From Dipteris shenzhenensis (Eukaryota): 64,000 nt of DNA. Position numbers and translations under genes: made by a program. This document shows positions 63,910 to 64,000 of the stretch, in pieces (the stretch's first letter is position 1; the number at the start of each line of letters is the position of its first letter). The notes under the pieces were generated by a model that saw nothing but the letters and a program-made list of their open reading frames with translations, was not told where the DNA came from and did no database searches. The stretch lies in the NCBI GenBank assembly GCA_047967505.1, contig CM106538.1. One strand, given 5' to 3'.

Positions 63910-64000
63910 AGAAGTTTTAGAATCTATTCGAGGGGAAAATCAACATCACCAACCTGATGTGTAGGTGGTGGAGGGGTTGTCTCTGAAATGCGAATAGTTG

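Overview
Eukaryotic, transposon-dense plant genomic DNA, probably from a seed-free land plant such as a fern (inferred from TE and gene style only). The only host gene is a six-exon oligopeptide transporter (OPT family, 748 aa). It occurs twice, head-to-head, as a near-identical inverted duplication (1-3767 vs 36587-40353; 3 substitutions seen; the outer end is outside the window). Between and beyond the copies is a nest of mobile DNA. (1) A ~1,010-codon DDD-type (Sola-like) transposase ORF broken by one stop, with a 9.3-kb satellite directly upstream made of hairpin-containing ~182-bp monomers in an ABC ~545-bp higher-order repeat. (2) G-rich and GA-rich tracts with repeated palindromes and two copies of a TATA/splice-donor module. 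(3) A truncated LINE. (4) A CACTA remnant carrying a gag-only LTR element, a solo LTR and a truncated Copia LTR. (5) Further CACTA ends, a Gypsy-like gag remnant and a Helitron-type helicase fragment. (6) A structurally complete Ty1/copia element (54301-59749) inactivated by four TAG stops. A 29-bp inverted-repeat pair flanked by TA (5430-5458 / 50244-50272) brackets ~44.8 kb, including the transposase, the satellite and the second OPT copy. It may mark a giant DNA transposon or ends of two related elements.
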